DNA of 60,018 nt, filler included. It is 4 parts of 4 records of this genome, joined end to end, with 100 filler letters (N's around TTAATTAATTAA, not from the genome) between each part and the next. Parts side by side here need not be neighbours in the genome. Positions count along the whole stretch, not along the records: positions 44,838 to 60,018 come from SRR22947727_810; 3 more parts are not named here. The stretch is one strand, 5' to 3'. Each line of letters starts with the position of its first letter. Position 1 is the stretch's first letter. The notes under the pieces are model-generated. The model was not told where the DNA came from. It worked only from the letters and a program-made list of their open reading frames with translations, and searched no databases. A program made the translations under genes and the position numbers. Positions 51,115 to 60,018 of the stretch are shown piece by piece.

Positions 51115-51780
51115 ATGAATAAAAAGGATGACAACAGTTCTGCTGAAGAACTTGTTCAAAAGTTTCTCAAAAAAAATAAAAATTTTTTTATCAAACATCC
51201 AGAGCTGCTAAAAGAATTACAATTTCCATTAAAAGATGAAGGATCTGAAAAAGTTATTGATCTTCAAGTGTACCGTTACAAAAAAATCAATCAGGAAAAC
51301 ATAGATTTACAAAATCAAATGACACAAATTTTGCTTGCAGGTAAAAGTCACATGCAATCGCAAAAAAGAATTCTCAAATCATCCCTAAAAATTCTTAACA
51401 GCAAATCATTAGCGAAAGTCTTTAGTGTTATTTTATCCGACTTTAAAACACTCCTAGGATGTGAATACATTAATTGCTTTAGTACGAATAATAATATTAG
51501 CATCAATGAAGTGCAAAAAGTAGATACCCGAGTAGCAAAAAGTTATTTTCGTGACAAAACGATGACAAACTTAAATCAAAATCCAAAAGGGGTCTTGTTA
51601 TTCTTTCCCAACAAATCACCTCAGATCAAATCCTATATTTTATTAAAAATTAATTTTCATGAAGATATGTTTGTTGTTGCTATGGGATCAAAAGATATCA
51701 ATAAATTTAATCCTGATCAACAGGTTGATCTTATTGAATATTTAATAAAAGTTATTGAGAATAAAATTCATCAATTATGA
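51115..51780 (+). CDS. DUF484 family protein
   Basis: FL...NFFIKHPELL and VIDLQ N-terminus; usual position after transaldolase in Alphaproteobacteria. Confidence 0.72.
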   Translation: MNKKDDNSSAEELVQKFLKKNKNFFIKHPELLKELQFPLKDEGSEKVIDLQVYRYKKINQENIDLQNQMTQILLAGKSHMQSQKRILKSSLKILNSKSLAKVFSVILSDFKTLLGCEYINCFSTNNNISINEVQKVDTRVAKSYFRDKTMTNLNQNPKGVLLFFPNKSPQIKSYILLKINFHEDMFVVAMGSKDINKFNPDQQVDLIEYLIKVIENKIHQL

Positions 51781-53099
51781 AGCTAATAGCTCTCACGCTT
51801 TTTTTTCTTTTCTCGTACTCTTCATCTTACGCCAATGACAAAATATGTGGTTGGATAATGGATGAGCCATTTAAAGAATATCAAGAAGAGGCAGAAGATC
51901 AACATGCTGCTTTTTATGTCGTAGTAAGTGATGATGAATGCGAATATGGAATGACTATTGGTCAAAAGTCCGAAGAAAAAGCAAAAAAAGTAGCTTTTAA
52001 AAATTGTGAAAAATATAGAAAAGAAAATAATATCACAGGTAAGTGTGAGCCCTTTGCCATTAATGACAAAATTCTCTGGGAAAATATTGCCTTTGTTACA
52101 AATGATGAAGGAGAAATCGAGTATGACGATGCAATCGATATGGTTGATTATGAATATAGAACACCAGATTGGTATGGACAGGAAAAAATAATATTTCCAA
52201 AATATAAAGGAGTTCCAGATGATCTTCACAGTTTATTTATAGAAACCCTTGAATATTCCTACCTTGAGCTTGGTGAAAAACCCATTGCGGAAACTCACGT
52301 TATTATATGGAATGAAAAAAAATCTAATCTAAAAAAAGTTGCTCAAAATTGGTGTGAGGTTAACCGCGGTGAAGATTTTAATAAAAAATGTCTAAAAGTA
52401 GGTGGTGGCGATGACAAACGATGGTTCAAAGAATGTGTAGCCTCTGCATATTTTTCACCCGAAACACTAAAAGGAAGTATTGAGGGTAATAAATGTTGGT
52501 GGGGAGGTTATAAGAATGAAGCGTGGAGTGTCGCAAAAATAGTAGCACATGAATATTTTCATGTTCATCAAAATATGCAAAAAATCTTTTTTGAAGATGA
52601 ACAACGTTTCGGTGTTGCCCAGTATAAATTTAATGATGATATGCCGATGTGGATTGAAGAAGGTGGTGCTGAATATTTTGGCTATTACATTATTGGAAAA
52701 CATAATTTAGCTGATTATAAAAAAATTATGAAACAAAGACTAAAGTCTTTTCGAAATTGTGCAAAAAAAGGAATAAAACTCAAAGATGTGGAAAGAGAAG
52801 AAGACGCATTTAAGCTTCGCAGTCAATGTGATCAAGGCTTTGAATATGACGGTGGTATGTGGGCAACAGCATATCTTGCGTCTTTAAGTGGATCTAATCA
52901 AAAAGTTTTTTATGATTTTTATGAAGATATTGCTGAACTTGAATTACAAAAAAGAGAAGAAGGAAAAATCCATCAAGGATGGAGAGAATCTTTTAGAAAA
53001 AACTTTAAAATGAGTTATGATGATTTTCTCATAGAGTTTGAAACATTCATTGATTTAAAATCTAAGGAACAATTAAAAATTCTAGATCAAATAAATTAA
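51777..53099 (+). CDS. Secreted putative zinc metallopeptidase (gluzincin-like)
   Basis: Signal peptide; AHEYFH followed by PMWIEEGGAEY. Confidence 0.65.
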   Translation: MKLIALTLFFLFSYSSSYANDKICGWIMDEPFKEYQEEAEDQHAAFYVVVSDDECEYGMTIGQKSEEKAKKVAFKNCEKYRKENNITGKCEPFAINDKILWENIAFVTNDEGEIEYDDAIDMVDYEYRTPDWYGQEKIIFPKYKGVPDDLHSLFIETLEYSYLELGEKPIAETHVIIWNEKKSNLKKVAQNWCEVNRGEDFNKKCLKVGGGDDKRWFKECVASAYFSPETLKGSIEGNKCWWGGYKNEAWSVAKIVAHEYFHVHQNMQKIFFEDEQRFGVAQYKFNDDMPMWIEEGGAEYFGYYIIGKHNLADYKKIMKQRLKSFRNCAKKGIKLKDVEREEDAFKLRSQCDQGFEYDGGMWATAYLASLSGSNQKVFYDFYEDIAELELQKREEGKIHQGWRESFRKNFKMSYDDFLIEFETFIDLKSKEQLKILDQIN

Positions 53100-53116
53100 T
53101 ACTAAAAGGAGACTAC

Positions 53117-53323
53117 ATGAAAGGTTATAGATTTATTACAGATGATGATACGTCAGAGTTTTGTCACCGAGTAACAGAAGCACTGTCTAGTGGTTGGAAG
53201 TTGCACGGCGAACCACAAATGACATTTGATAAAAAAAGAGGGGTAATGCGATGTGGCCAAGCAGTGATAAAAAATGCTCCTAAAAAAAAATATTCCAAAA
53301 AAATGTCATTGAGCTCTATTTAA
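53117..53323 (+). CDS. DUF1737 family small protein
   Basis: YRFITDDD...FCHRVTEAL..GWKLHGEP...CGQAV; AGGAG RBS. Confidence 0.82.
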   Translation: MKGYRFITDDDTSEFCHRVTEALSSGWKLHGEPQMTFDKKRGVMRCGQAVIKNAPKKKYSKKMSLSSI

Positions 53324-53363
53324 ATATTTATTTAGAAACATACAAATTTTCTAAGTTATAAAA

Positions 53364-54677
53364 ATGTCTGATAGAGCATCCATTAGCAATATTATAAAAT
53401 TATCAATTCCAATTTTTTTTGCTAATCTAGTAATTCCGTTGGTAGCCATTGTTGATACGGGCTTAATGGGCAATCTAGATAATGCCAGCTATCTTACAGC
53501 CACAAGTATTGCCACAAGTGTATTTTCCCTAATTTTCTGGAGTTTTGGCTTTCTTCGAATGGGTACTGTTGGTTTAGTGGCGCAAGCTCATGGCTCAAAC
53601 CAATATGAGGAGATTGTTAATTTAGTTTTTCAAAATATTGCTTTTGTTATTATTATTTCCCTACTTTTAGTTATTTTTCAGAAATATATTTTTACAATTG
53701 CCTTAAGTATTTTTGACTTATCAAATGAGACTTCTAAATATTTTAAAGAGTATTTTGAAATACGCATTTACTCTTCTTTTGGTGAGCTCATCATCTTTAT
53801 AATTACTGGATTATTTATTGGTTTACAAAGAACAACAATATCAAGTGTGGTAGTTGGTTTTTTTTCAATCACTAATATTGTATTAAGTTTAATATTTGTA
53901 ATCTCCTTTGATTTAGATGTTCGAGGAGTAGCTCTTGGAACAGTTATATCTTCAACACTGACCGCTATAATTTTTTTATGTTACACATTCTTCGAATTAC
54001 AAAAATTTACATCAATAAAAATCAATATAGCAAAAATATTTAATCTAAAAAAAATTCAAAAATTATTTAATATCAATTTAGATATATTTATCCGATCAGC
54101 CTTCCTTACATTTTCATTCATTTTTTTTACCTACTTAGGGAACACCATTAGTGAAGATGTTGTTGCGGCGAATACTATATTATTAAATCTCATCATGTTA
54201 TCGGCATTTATTTTAGATGCATATGCTTTTTCAACAGAAGGTATCGTGGGTTACTCTATTGGATCCAAAAATAAAACATTACTGACAAATGTTATTAAAA
54301 ATTCATTTATTTTAAGTGCCTCAACAGGTTTATTTATTTCTTTAATATACCTAATTGGCAAAGATAACTTTATCTCCCTCATGACAGACCTGCCTGATAT
54401 TAAAAATTTAAGTTTTTCGTATTCTCATTGGGTTGTTATCATTCCTTTTATTTCTTGTTTTTGTTTTCAATTTGATGGTATTTTTATAGGAGCTTCGCAG
54501 ACAAAAGAGTTACGTAATGCTATGATTGTATCTGTGAGTATTTATATAGTTTGTGCCCTATTCCTAACCAGCAGTTTTGGTAATTCAGGATTATGGATAT
54601 CACTTTGTATCTTTTTTGCATTGAGAGCGTTGACCTTATTCTTTTATCTCAGCAAAATTTATCAACGTATTGTATAA
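53364..54677 (+). CDS. MATE efflux transporter (DinF type)
   Basis: PLVAIVDT, FGFLRMGT and DGIFIGA motifs. Confidence 0.92.
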   Translation: MSDRASISNIIKLSIPIFFANLVIPLVAIVDTGLMGNLDNASYLTATSIATSVFSLIFWSFGFLRMGTVGLVAQAHGSNQYEEIVNLVFQNIAFVIIISLLLVIFQKYIFTIALSIFDLSNETSKYFKEYFEIRIYSSFGELIIFIITGLFIGLQRTTISSVVVGFFSITNIVLSLIFVISFDLDVRGVALGTVISSTLTAIIFLCYTFFELQKFTSIKINIAKIFNLKKIQKLFNINLDIFIRSAFLTFSFIFFTYLGNTISEDVVAANTILLNLIMLSAFILDAYAFSTEGIVGYSIGSKNKTLLTNVIKNSFILSASTGLFISLIYLIGKDNFISLMTDLPDIKNLSFSYSHWVVIIPFISCFCFQFDGIFIGASQTKELRNAMIVSVSIYIVCALFLTSSFGNSGLWISLCIFFALRALTLFFYLSKIYQRIV

Positions 54678-54697
54678 AAAATAAATAAATTTAATTC

Positions 54698-55852
54698 TTA
54701 GGAAGTTTTTTTTGACATTAAATATATTAAACAAATACCATTAAAGCCCCAAATCACGCACAAGGCATACATATTAAATGTTAGTCCAAGATATTTAGCT
54801 GTGTACCCAACAATAGCTGGTCCAAAAATAAATCCAGAAAAACCTAGTGTTGTTAAGTTAGAGACAGTCAAGGAAATAGGATCAGTAGTCACCTTAATTG
54901 CTTGACGGATGACAATAGCAATAAAATTCGCTGTAAATAAGCCAAATAAAACGAGTGCTGGAATAATAAGGTATAAATTTGAGGTTAAAATGCTTGTAAA
55001 TAAAATTACTGCACCGATTATTGATAAATACCCACCTACAACCTTTTCTCCAAGTAATTTTATAAAATTACTAGCAAATAATCTTGCTACTATTTCGCCA
55101 GCATTAAAAAATACAATAACAAGTCCACCTAAAAAAAGTGGAGCTAGTAAATCTCTAGTTAACCATAAAGATGACCAATCAATAATAATACCAATCGTTG
55201 CAAAATTAAACATCAACAAAATACCAAAAATAAATATATTTTTCTTTGGTAATTGAAATTTGCTTATAGGATCTTCACTGTCTTCACTACGTGGTAATCC
55301 AAGAAAATAAATTATCAACACAGATAATAAAATTATAAAACCCATCACACTAAATGTAATTTCAGGGTCAATACCTTGACGAATAACATAGGCTGCCATT
55401 AAAGCTCCACTCAAAGAGCCTGCACTAAACGCAGCTTGGTAAATAGGGGTATAAATTTTATTAGTTTTATTTTCTATATTGGACACTTGCGTTTGATTAC
55501 TTGGAATGACAAAACCAATTGCAGCCCCAAAAGGAAAAGCAACGAGCATAAAACTAAAATAAGTATCTACAACTACTAATAAATATGGGCAAAAAGCCAA
55601 AATAGCAGTCCCTATCATGATAATATTTTTCGTTCCAATTTTTGGAACAATTATTCTCCCTGTAATTTGATTGCTAATTAAATTAACCACTCCGAAGATA
55701 AAAAGCCATAAACCTAAATCTGTTTCTGCTAATTGTAGTCGCTCTAAATTCCACGGGATATAAACAAAGTATATGCCCAGGGTGAAAAAAAAAATGTACG
55801 CATTTTGCATACAAGATACAAGTGCCCTGAAATATATTGTTGAATTACTCAT
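54698..55852 (-). CDS. MFS transporter
   Basis: About 12 hydrophobic segments; DWSSLW and GPAIVG motifs. Confidence 0.85.
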   Translation of the reverse strand: MSNSTIYFRALVSCMQNAYIFFFTLGIYFVYIPWNLERLQLAETDLGLWLFIFGVVNLISNQITGRIIVPKIGTKNIIMIGTAILAFCPYLLVVVDTYFSFMLVAFPFGAAIGFVIPSNQTQVSNIENKTNKIYTPIYQAAFSAGSLSGALMAAYVIRQGIDPEITFSVMGFIILLSVLIIYFLGLPRSEDSEDPISKFQLPKKNIFIFGILLMFNFATIGIIIDWSSLWLTRDLLAPLFLGGLVIVFFNAGEIVARLFASNFIKLLGEKVVGGYLSIIGAVILFTSILTSNLYLIIPALVLFGLFTANFIAIVIRQAIKVTTDPISLTVSNLTTLGFSGFIFGPAIVGYTAKYLGLTFNMYALCVIWGFNGICLIYLMSKKTS

Positions 55853-55911
55853 TTCTTAGTATGGACCTATATATTTTTTAAGTTTAATCTCTGTTAAAAT
55901 CTAATAGCTTT

Positions 55912-57063
55912 TTAAGTTATTTTTCTTGTTGTCCATAGAAGTGCTACACTGTTAAAAAGCCAGATAACGCATAAGATTTGAACATTAAAGGTAAGTCCTA
56001 GAGTGGAAGCGGAGTATCCCACAATTGCTGGACCTATTAAAAAACCTGCCATACACATTGTAACTAAATTAGATGCCGTTGTGTTTATACTCTCTGAAGT
56101 TTGACTTAAAGCATAGCGAATAACGATTGGATAAAAATTTGCTGAACAAAAAGCAAAAAATAAAATACCGAATAAAATTACGTAAGGATTATAAATTAAT
56201 ATACATACAAAAAATACTACACAACCTGTGATACCCAAATAAGCGCCAGCAAATCTCTGGCTTGTAAGTGTAATCAATTTTCCACCCATTAATCTTCCAA
56301 TAGATTCACCTGTTCCCCAAGCAGTAACGGCTAGGCTTGCTACAAGAGCACTCGTTTGAAGATCTCTTGAAAACCATAGAGCTGACCAATCACCAATGAT
56401 GCCAACTGTAGCCATAAAAATAAATCCATATAAACCAAACAGCATTATTTTTTTTTCTGGAAATCTAAATCTCTCAGCTTTTTCAAAATTTTCGTAATTA
56501 GTTGGCAATCCATAAATAAAAATTAATACAATTCCAATTAAAGCTAAAATAAATAATGAGCAAATAACAAGTCTAGGGTTAAATTCAAAATATTGAAAAA
56601 CACCAGAAGTTAATGCGCCAAATAAAAAACCAATACTAATAAAAGCAGTGAATAATGGCTGAAATATTTTTTTTGTTTTCTCCTCAACCAGTCCAGTAAT
56701 AGCTGTGCATGTTGGAAACATTAATCCTAAAGCAATACCAGTTGGTAATGCTGCTAAGATAAAAGTAAAATTATTATAAGCTAATCCAAATGCAAATGGG
56801 CATATAGCAAAAACTAACATTCCTAGTGCTTGCGTTTTTTTTGATCCTAAATTTGGTATTATTATTCTTCCCGAGATTTGACTGACAATTATTTGCATTA
56901 AAGCAAATGTCATAAATAAAAAGCCAAGTGAGCTATCTAAAAGATTTAATTCATTTGCTAACCAAGGTAAAAAAGCAATAATATTACCCCAAACAAATAA
57001 GGGGATAAAAATTGAAATACATGCTGATATAAACGCGTTGATATAAATTTTTTGATCAGCCAT
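55912..57063 (-). CDS. MFS transporter (paralog of the neighbouring gene)
   Basis: About 12 hydrophobic segments; DWSALW and GPAIVG motifs. Confidence 0.85.
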   Translation of the reverse strand: MADQKIYINAFISACISIFIPLFVWGNIIAFLPWLANELNLLDSSLGFLFMTFALMQIIVSQISGRIIIPNLGSKKTQALGMLVFAICPFAFGLAYNNFTFILAALPTGIALGLMFPTCTAITGLVEEKTKKIFQPLFTAFISIGFLFGALTSGVFQYFEFNPRLVICSLFILALIGIVLIFIYGLPTNYENFEKAERFRFPEKKIMLFGLYGFIFMATVGIIGDWSALWFSRDLQTSALVASLAVTAWGTGESIGRLMGGKLITLTSQRFAGAYLGITGCVVFFVCILIYNPYVILFGILFFAFCSANFYPIVIRYALSQTSESINTTASNLVTMCMAGFLIGPAIVGYSASTLGLTFNVQILCVIWLFNSVALLWTTRKIT

Positions 57064-57125
57064 AAAATATGATTAATAAGAAGTAGACTTTATAGAGATA
57101 AAAAAACTATTAAAAATAAATAATA

Positions 57126-58523
57126 TTAAATATGGATTGCTCTTCCATCAATATTCATCGCAGCTTCTTTGACCGCTTCACTTGTTGTTGGATGAGCATG
57201 ACATATGCGAGCAATATCTTCAGAGCTTCCACCAAATTCCATGGTAGTGACTATTTCTGCAATAAGTTGTCCTGCATCATGGCCAATAATATGCGCACCT
57301 AAGATTGCATCAGTCTTCGTGTCTGCTAATATTTTTACAAAACCTTCAGTAGACGACGTTGTTAGTGCTCTTCCATTTGCCATAAATGGAAACTTACCAA
57401 CTTTATAATCTATTTTTGCCTCTTTAAGTTGGCTCTCTGTTTTTCCAACAGAAGCTACTTCTGGGTTAGTGTAAACAATTGCTGGAATAATATCATAATT
57501 AATATGTGGTTTTTGACCATTAATAAATTCTACACATGCTACACCTTCTTCTTCAGCCTTATGTGCTAACATAGGGCCTGGAACCACATCACCAATAGCA
57601 AATATATTATCAATGTTTGTTTTAAATTGATTATTTATTTCAACAGCTTTCTTTTCATTAAGCTTAACACCAACACTCTCTAAGTTTAATCCTTCGGTAT
57701 TTGGTTTGCGACCAACAGACATCAGTACCACATCGTACTTTTCGCTAATTTGTTTTTTATCTGATGACTCCATTGAAACTTCTACTCCTGACTTACCTGC
57801 TTTAGTAGAAATTACTTTATGCGACAGCTTAAATTCTAAACCTTGTTTTTTTAGAGACTTCATAAATTCTTTTGCAATCTCCTCATCCATTGTAGGAACA
57901 ATTCTATCAAGTGCTTCTACCACCGTGACTTTAGATCCAAGCCTACTCCAAACCGATCCCATTTCTAAGCCAATGTAACCACCACCAATAACCAAAAGAG
58001 ATTTAGGTACCTCCTCTAATGCTAATGCTCCTGTTGACGTTACAATTTGTTTTTCATCAACAGGTATTGCATCAATCGAAATGGAACTAGATCCCGTAGC
58101 AATAATAAAGTTTGTTGCTGAATAGTTTTTTTCTCCTTCACTTGAAGATACTTTGACTGTTTTTTTATCAATAAAAGAAGCAGATCCTTGTAGATGCGTA
58201 ATTTTATTTTTTTTAAAGAGAAAACCAATGCCAGTTGTCAGTTGTTTTACAATTTTATTTTTTCGCTGCATGAGTTTTGATAAATCAAGATCAACCTTGC
58301 CAGTTGAAATACCGTGTTCTTCTGTGTGCTTCGAAATTTCTGTAAATTTTTCAGATGAATTTAATAGGGCTTTTGACGGGATACACCCAATATTAAGGCA
58401 AGTGCCACCAAGTGTCTTTTCTTTTTCAACACACGCAACTTTCATTCCTAGTTGAGCACCTCTAATAGCTGCAACATACCCTCCTGGGCCTGAACCAATT
58501 ACAATCAAATCAAAATCTGCCAT
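57126..58523 (-). CDS. lpdA: Dihydrolipoyl dehydrogenase
   Basis: GSGPGG, GGTCLNIGCIPSK and HAHPTTSE motifs. Confidence 0.97.
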   Translation of the reverse strand: MADFDLIVIGSGPGGYVAAIRGAQLGMKVACVEKEKTLGGTCLNIGCIPSKALLNSSEKFTEISKHTEEHGISTGKVDLDLSKLMQRKNKIVKQLTTGIGFLFKKNKITHLQGSASFIDKKTVKVSSSEGEKNYSATNFIIATGSSSISIDAIPVDEKQIVTSTGALALEEVPKSLLVIGGGYIGLEMGSVWSRLGSKVTVVEALDRIVPTMDEEIAKEFMKSLKKQGLEFKLSHKVISTKAGKSGVEVSMESSDKKQISEKYDVVLMSVGRKPNTEGLNLESVGVKLNEKKAVEINNQFKTNIDNIFAIGDVVPGPMLAHKAEEEGVACVEFINGQKPHINYDIIPAIVYTNPEVASVGKTESQLKEAKIDYKVGKFPFMANGRALTTSSTEGFVKILADTKTDAILGAHIIGHDAGQLIAEIVTTMEFGGSSEDIARICHAHPTTSEAVKEAAMNIDGRAIHI

Positions 58524-59720
58524 CTATACTCCTAAAATTAACTTTGATGGATTTTCTAATAAATTTTTGATACTTACTAAAAACCCAACACTTTCTTTTC
58601 CATCAATAATGCGGTGGTCATAACTAAAAGCAAGATACATCATTGGTCGAATTACAATCTTATCATCAACTACCACAGCTCTTTTTTGTATATTATGCAT
58701 ACCTAAAATTCCAGATTGTGGTCTATTAATAATTGGTGTGCTTAACATAGAACCATAAACCCCTCCATTTGAGATCGTAAAGGTTCCTCCTGTTAAATCA
58801 TCCATGGTTAAGCTTCCCTCTTTTGCTTTTGTACTAAGCTCAACTATATTTTTTTCAATATCACCAAAAGTCATTGTATCAGCATCTTTAAGAACTGGGA
58901 CGACAAGACCTTTTTCTGTTCCAACAGCAATACCAATATCAAAATGATTTTTATAAATAATATTTTCATCTCGTATCTCTGCATTAACAGCAGGATAATC
59001 TTGCAAACTTGATACAACTGCTTTTACAAAAAAAGACATGAAGCCAAGCTTAACATTATAGCGTTCAATAAAGTCTTCTTTTTTTGATTCACGAACCTGC
59101 ATGATTTCAGACATATCTACTTCATTAAATGTCGTTAATATAGCAGCAGTATTTTGAGACTCTTTAAGTCTAGTTGCAATAGTCTTTCTAATCTTCGACA
59201 TCTTAACAACTTCTTCTCTTTCTTTTGAAGATGTAGATTTTGAACTAGGATTACTCATAAAATTAAACACGTCACCTTTCGTTAGGCGACCATCTGTTCT
59301 AGATGATGATATCTTATCTGCACTTAAGTCATTTTCAGCGATCAGTTTTTGGACAGAAGGCGATAGTTTTGCATTATCTCCAGCTGGAGTAATTTCTACC
59401 TCTTTACTTATCTTTTCTTCTTTTTTTTCTTCTACAACCGTTTCTTTTTTTGATACGTCTTTTGAAGCTGAAGATGTTTTTGAAATTTTTTGATCTCCAA
59501 GAATAGCAAGTACACCGCCGATATTTATGTCAGCTCCTTCTTCTACTTTAATCTCAGAGATAGAACCTGCACTTGGGGCTGGTACCTCGACTGTAATTTT
59601 ATCAGTTTCTATTTCTACTAAAGGTTCATCTGCATCAAATGAATCACCGACTTTTTTAAGCCATTTAGATACAGTTGCTTCAGTAATAGACTCGCCTAGT
59701 GTAGGTACGATTAATTCCAT
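58524..59720 (-). CDS. sucB: 2-oxoglutarate dehydrogenase E2
   Basis: ETDKI lipoyl site and YDHRIIDG motif. Confidence 0.96.
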   Translation of the reverse strand: MELIVPTLGESITEATVSKWLKKVGDSFDADEPLVEIETDKITVEVPAPSAGSISEIKVEEGADINIGGVLAILGDQKISKTSSASKDVSKKETVVEEKKEEKISKEVEITPAGDNAKLSPSVQKLIAENDLSADKISSSRTDGRLTKGDVFNFMSNPSSKSTSSKEREEVVKMSKIRKTIATRLKESQNTAAILTTFNEVDMSEIMQVRESKKEDFIERYNVKLGFMSFFVKAVVSSLQDYPAVNAEIRDENIIYKNHFDIGIAVGTEKGLVVPVLKDADTMTFGDIEKNIVELSTKAKEGSLTMDDLTGGTFTISNGGVYGSMLSTPIINRPQSGILGMHNIQKRAVVVDDKIVIRPMMYLAFSYDHRIIDGKESVGFLVSIKNLLENPSKLILGV

Positions 59721-59753
59721 AGTATTTACAGTGTATTTAACATGTTAAATATT

Positions 59754-60018
59754 TTATTCAATTGGCAGTTTATATTTTCTAAGTGAAACTCCAGATTCTT
59801 CTGATTTAATTTCCTCTAGTTTTCCTTCTATTGCTAATCGAATAATATTTTTTTGATTTGATAAATGTCTATCAAAGGCTCCTGTTGCAGGTGACGCTGC
59901 AGCTCTTCTTCCAATAAAGTGTAATTTTTTTTCTATGCCAATTTTTATTAGCACTCTATGAATTCTTTGTTCAACAAATTGCCATGCTCCCATATTTTTT
60001 GGCTCTTCTTGACACCAA
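59754..60018 (-). CDS. sucA: 2-oxoglutarate dehydrogenase E1, C-terminal fragment
   Basis: WCQEEPKNMGAW and GRRAAASPATG motifs; upstream of sucB. Confidence 0.93.
   Translation of the reverse strand, partial: WCQEEPKNMGAWQFVEQRIHRVLIKIGIEKKLHFIGRRAAASPATGAFDRHLSNQKNIIRLAIEGKLEEIKSEESGVSLRKYKLPIE

Noticed and set aside
57126-60018. Second sucA/sucB set as a duplication or horizontal transfer
   Set aside because: Lies on a different contig from a different phylum

Overview
The window is four unrelated contigs joined by three artificial 100-bp linkers (44 N + TTAATTAATTAA + 44 N at 31951-32050, 38395-38494, 44738-44837). Contig 1 (1-31950) is a Flavobacteriaceae-type Bacteroidota chromosome segment with TAnnTTTG promoters. 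It carries sucAB, galE, waaA, a glycerol operon, tRNA-Leu, ruvC, hemW, a TonB-dependent receptor, a GH109/kinase/nucleotidyltransferase cluster, a candidate small RNA, and an H-NOX/PAS kinase/Hpt/two receiver/LytTR signalling locus. Contig 2 (32051-38394) is a very AT-rich, compact Pelagibacter (SAR11)-like core region running ppsR-maf-aroE-coaE-dnaQ, secB, fxsA, Tim44, Smr, hslU. Contig 3 (38495-44737) is AT-rich and alphaproteobacterial-looking: amtB preceded by tandem glutamine (glnA-motif) riboswitch aptamers, then yqgE, dsbD, a peroxiredoxin and sugar ABC genes. Contig 4 (44838-60018) is another streamlined alphaproteobacterium with atpHAGD, priA, transaldolase, DUF484, a secreted HExxH protein, MATE, two MFS genes and sucA-sucB-lpdA. 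The main leads are the tandem glutamine riboswitch on a non-cyanobacterial amtB, the modular H-NOX phosphorelay with candidate LytTR sites and a 50-aa small ORF, and a promoter- and terminator-bounded UUGUGU-repeat small RNA. All taxonomic and family calls come from motif recognition by eye; no database searches were run.
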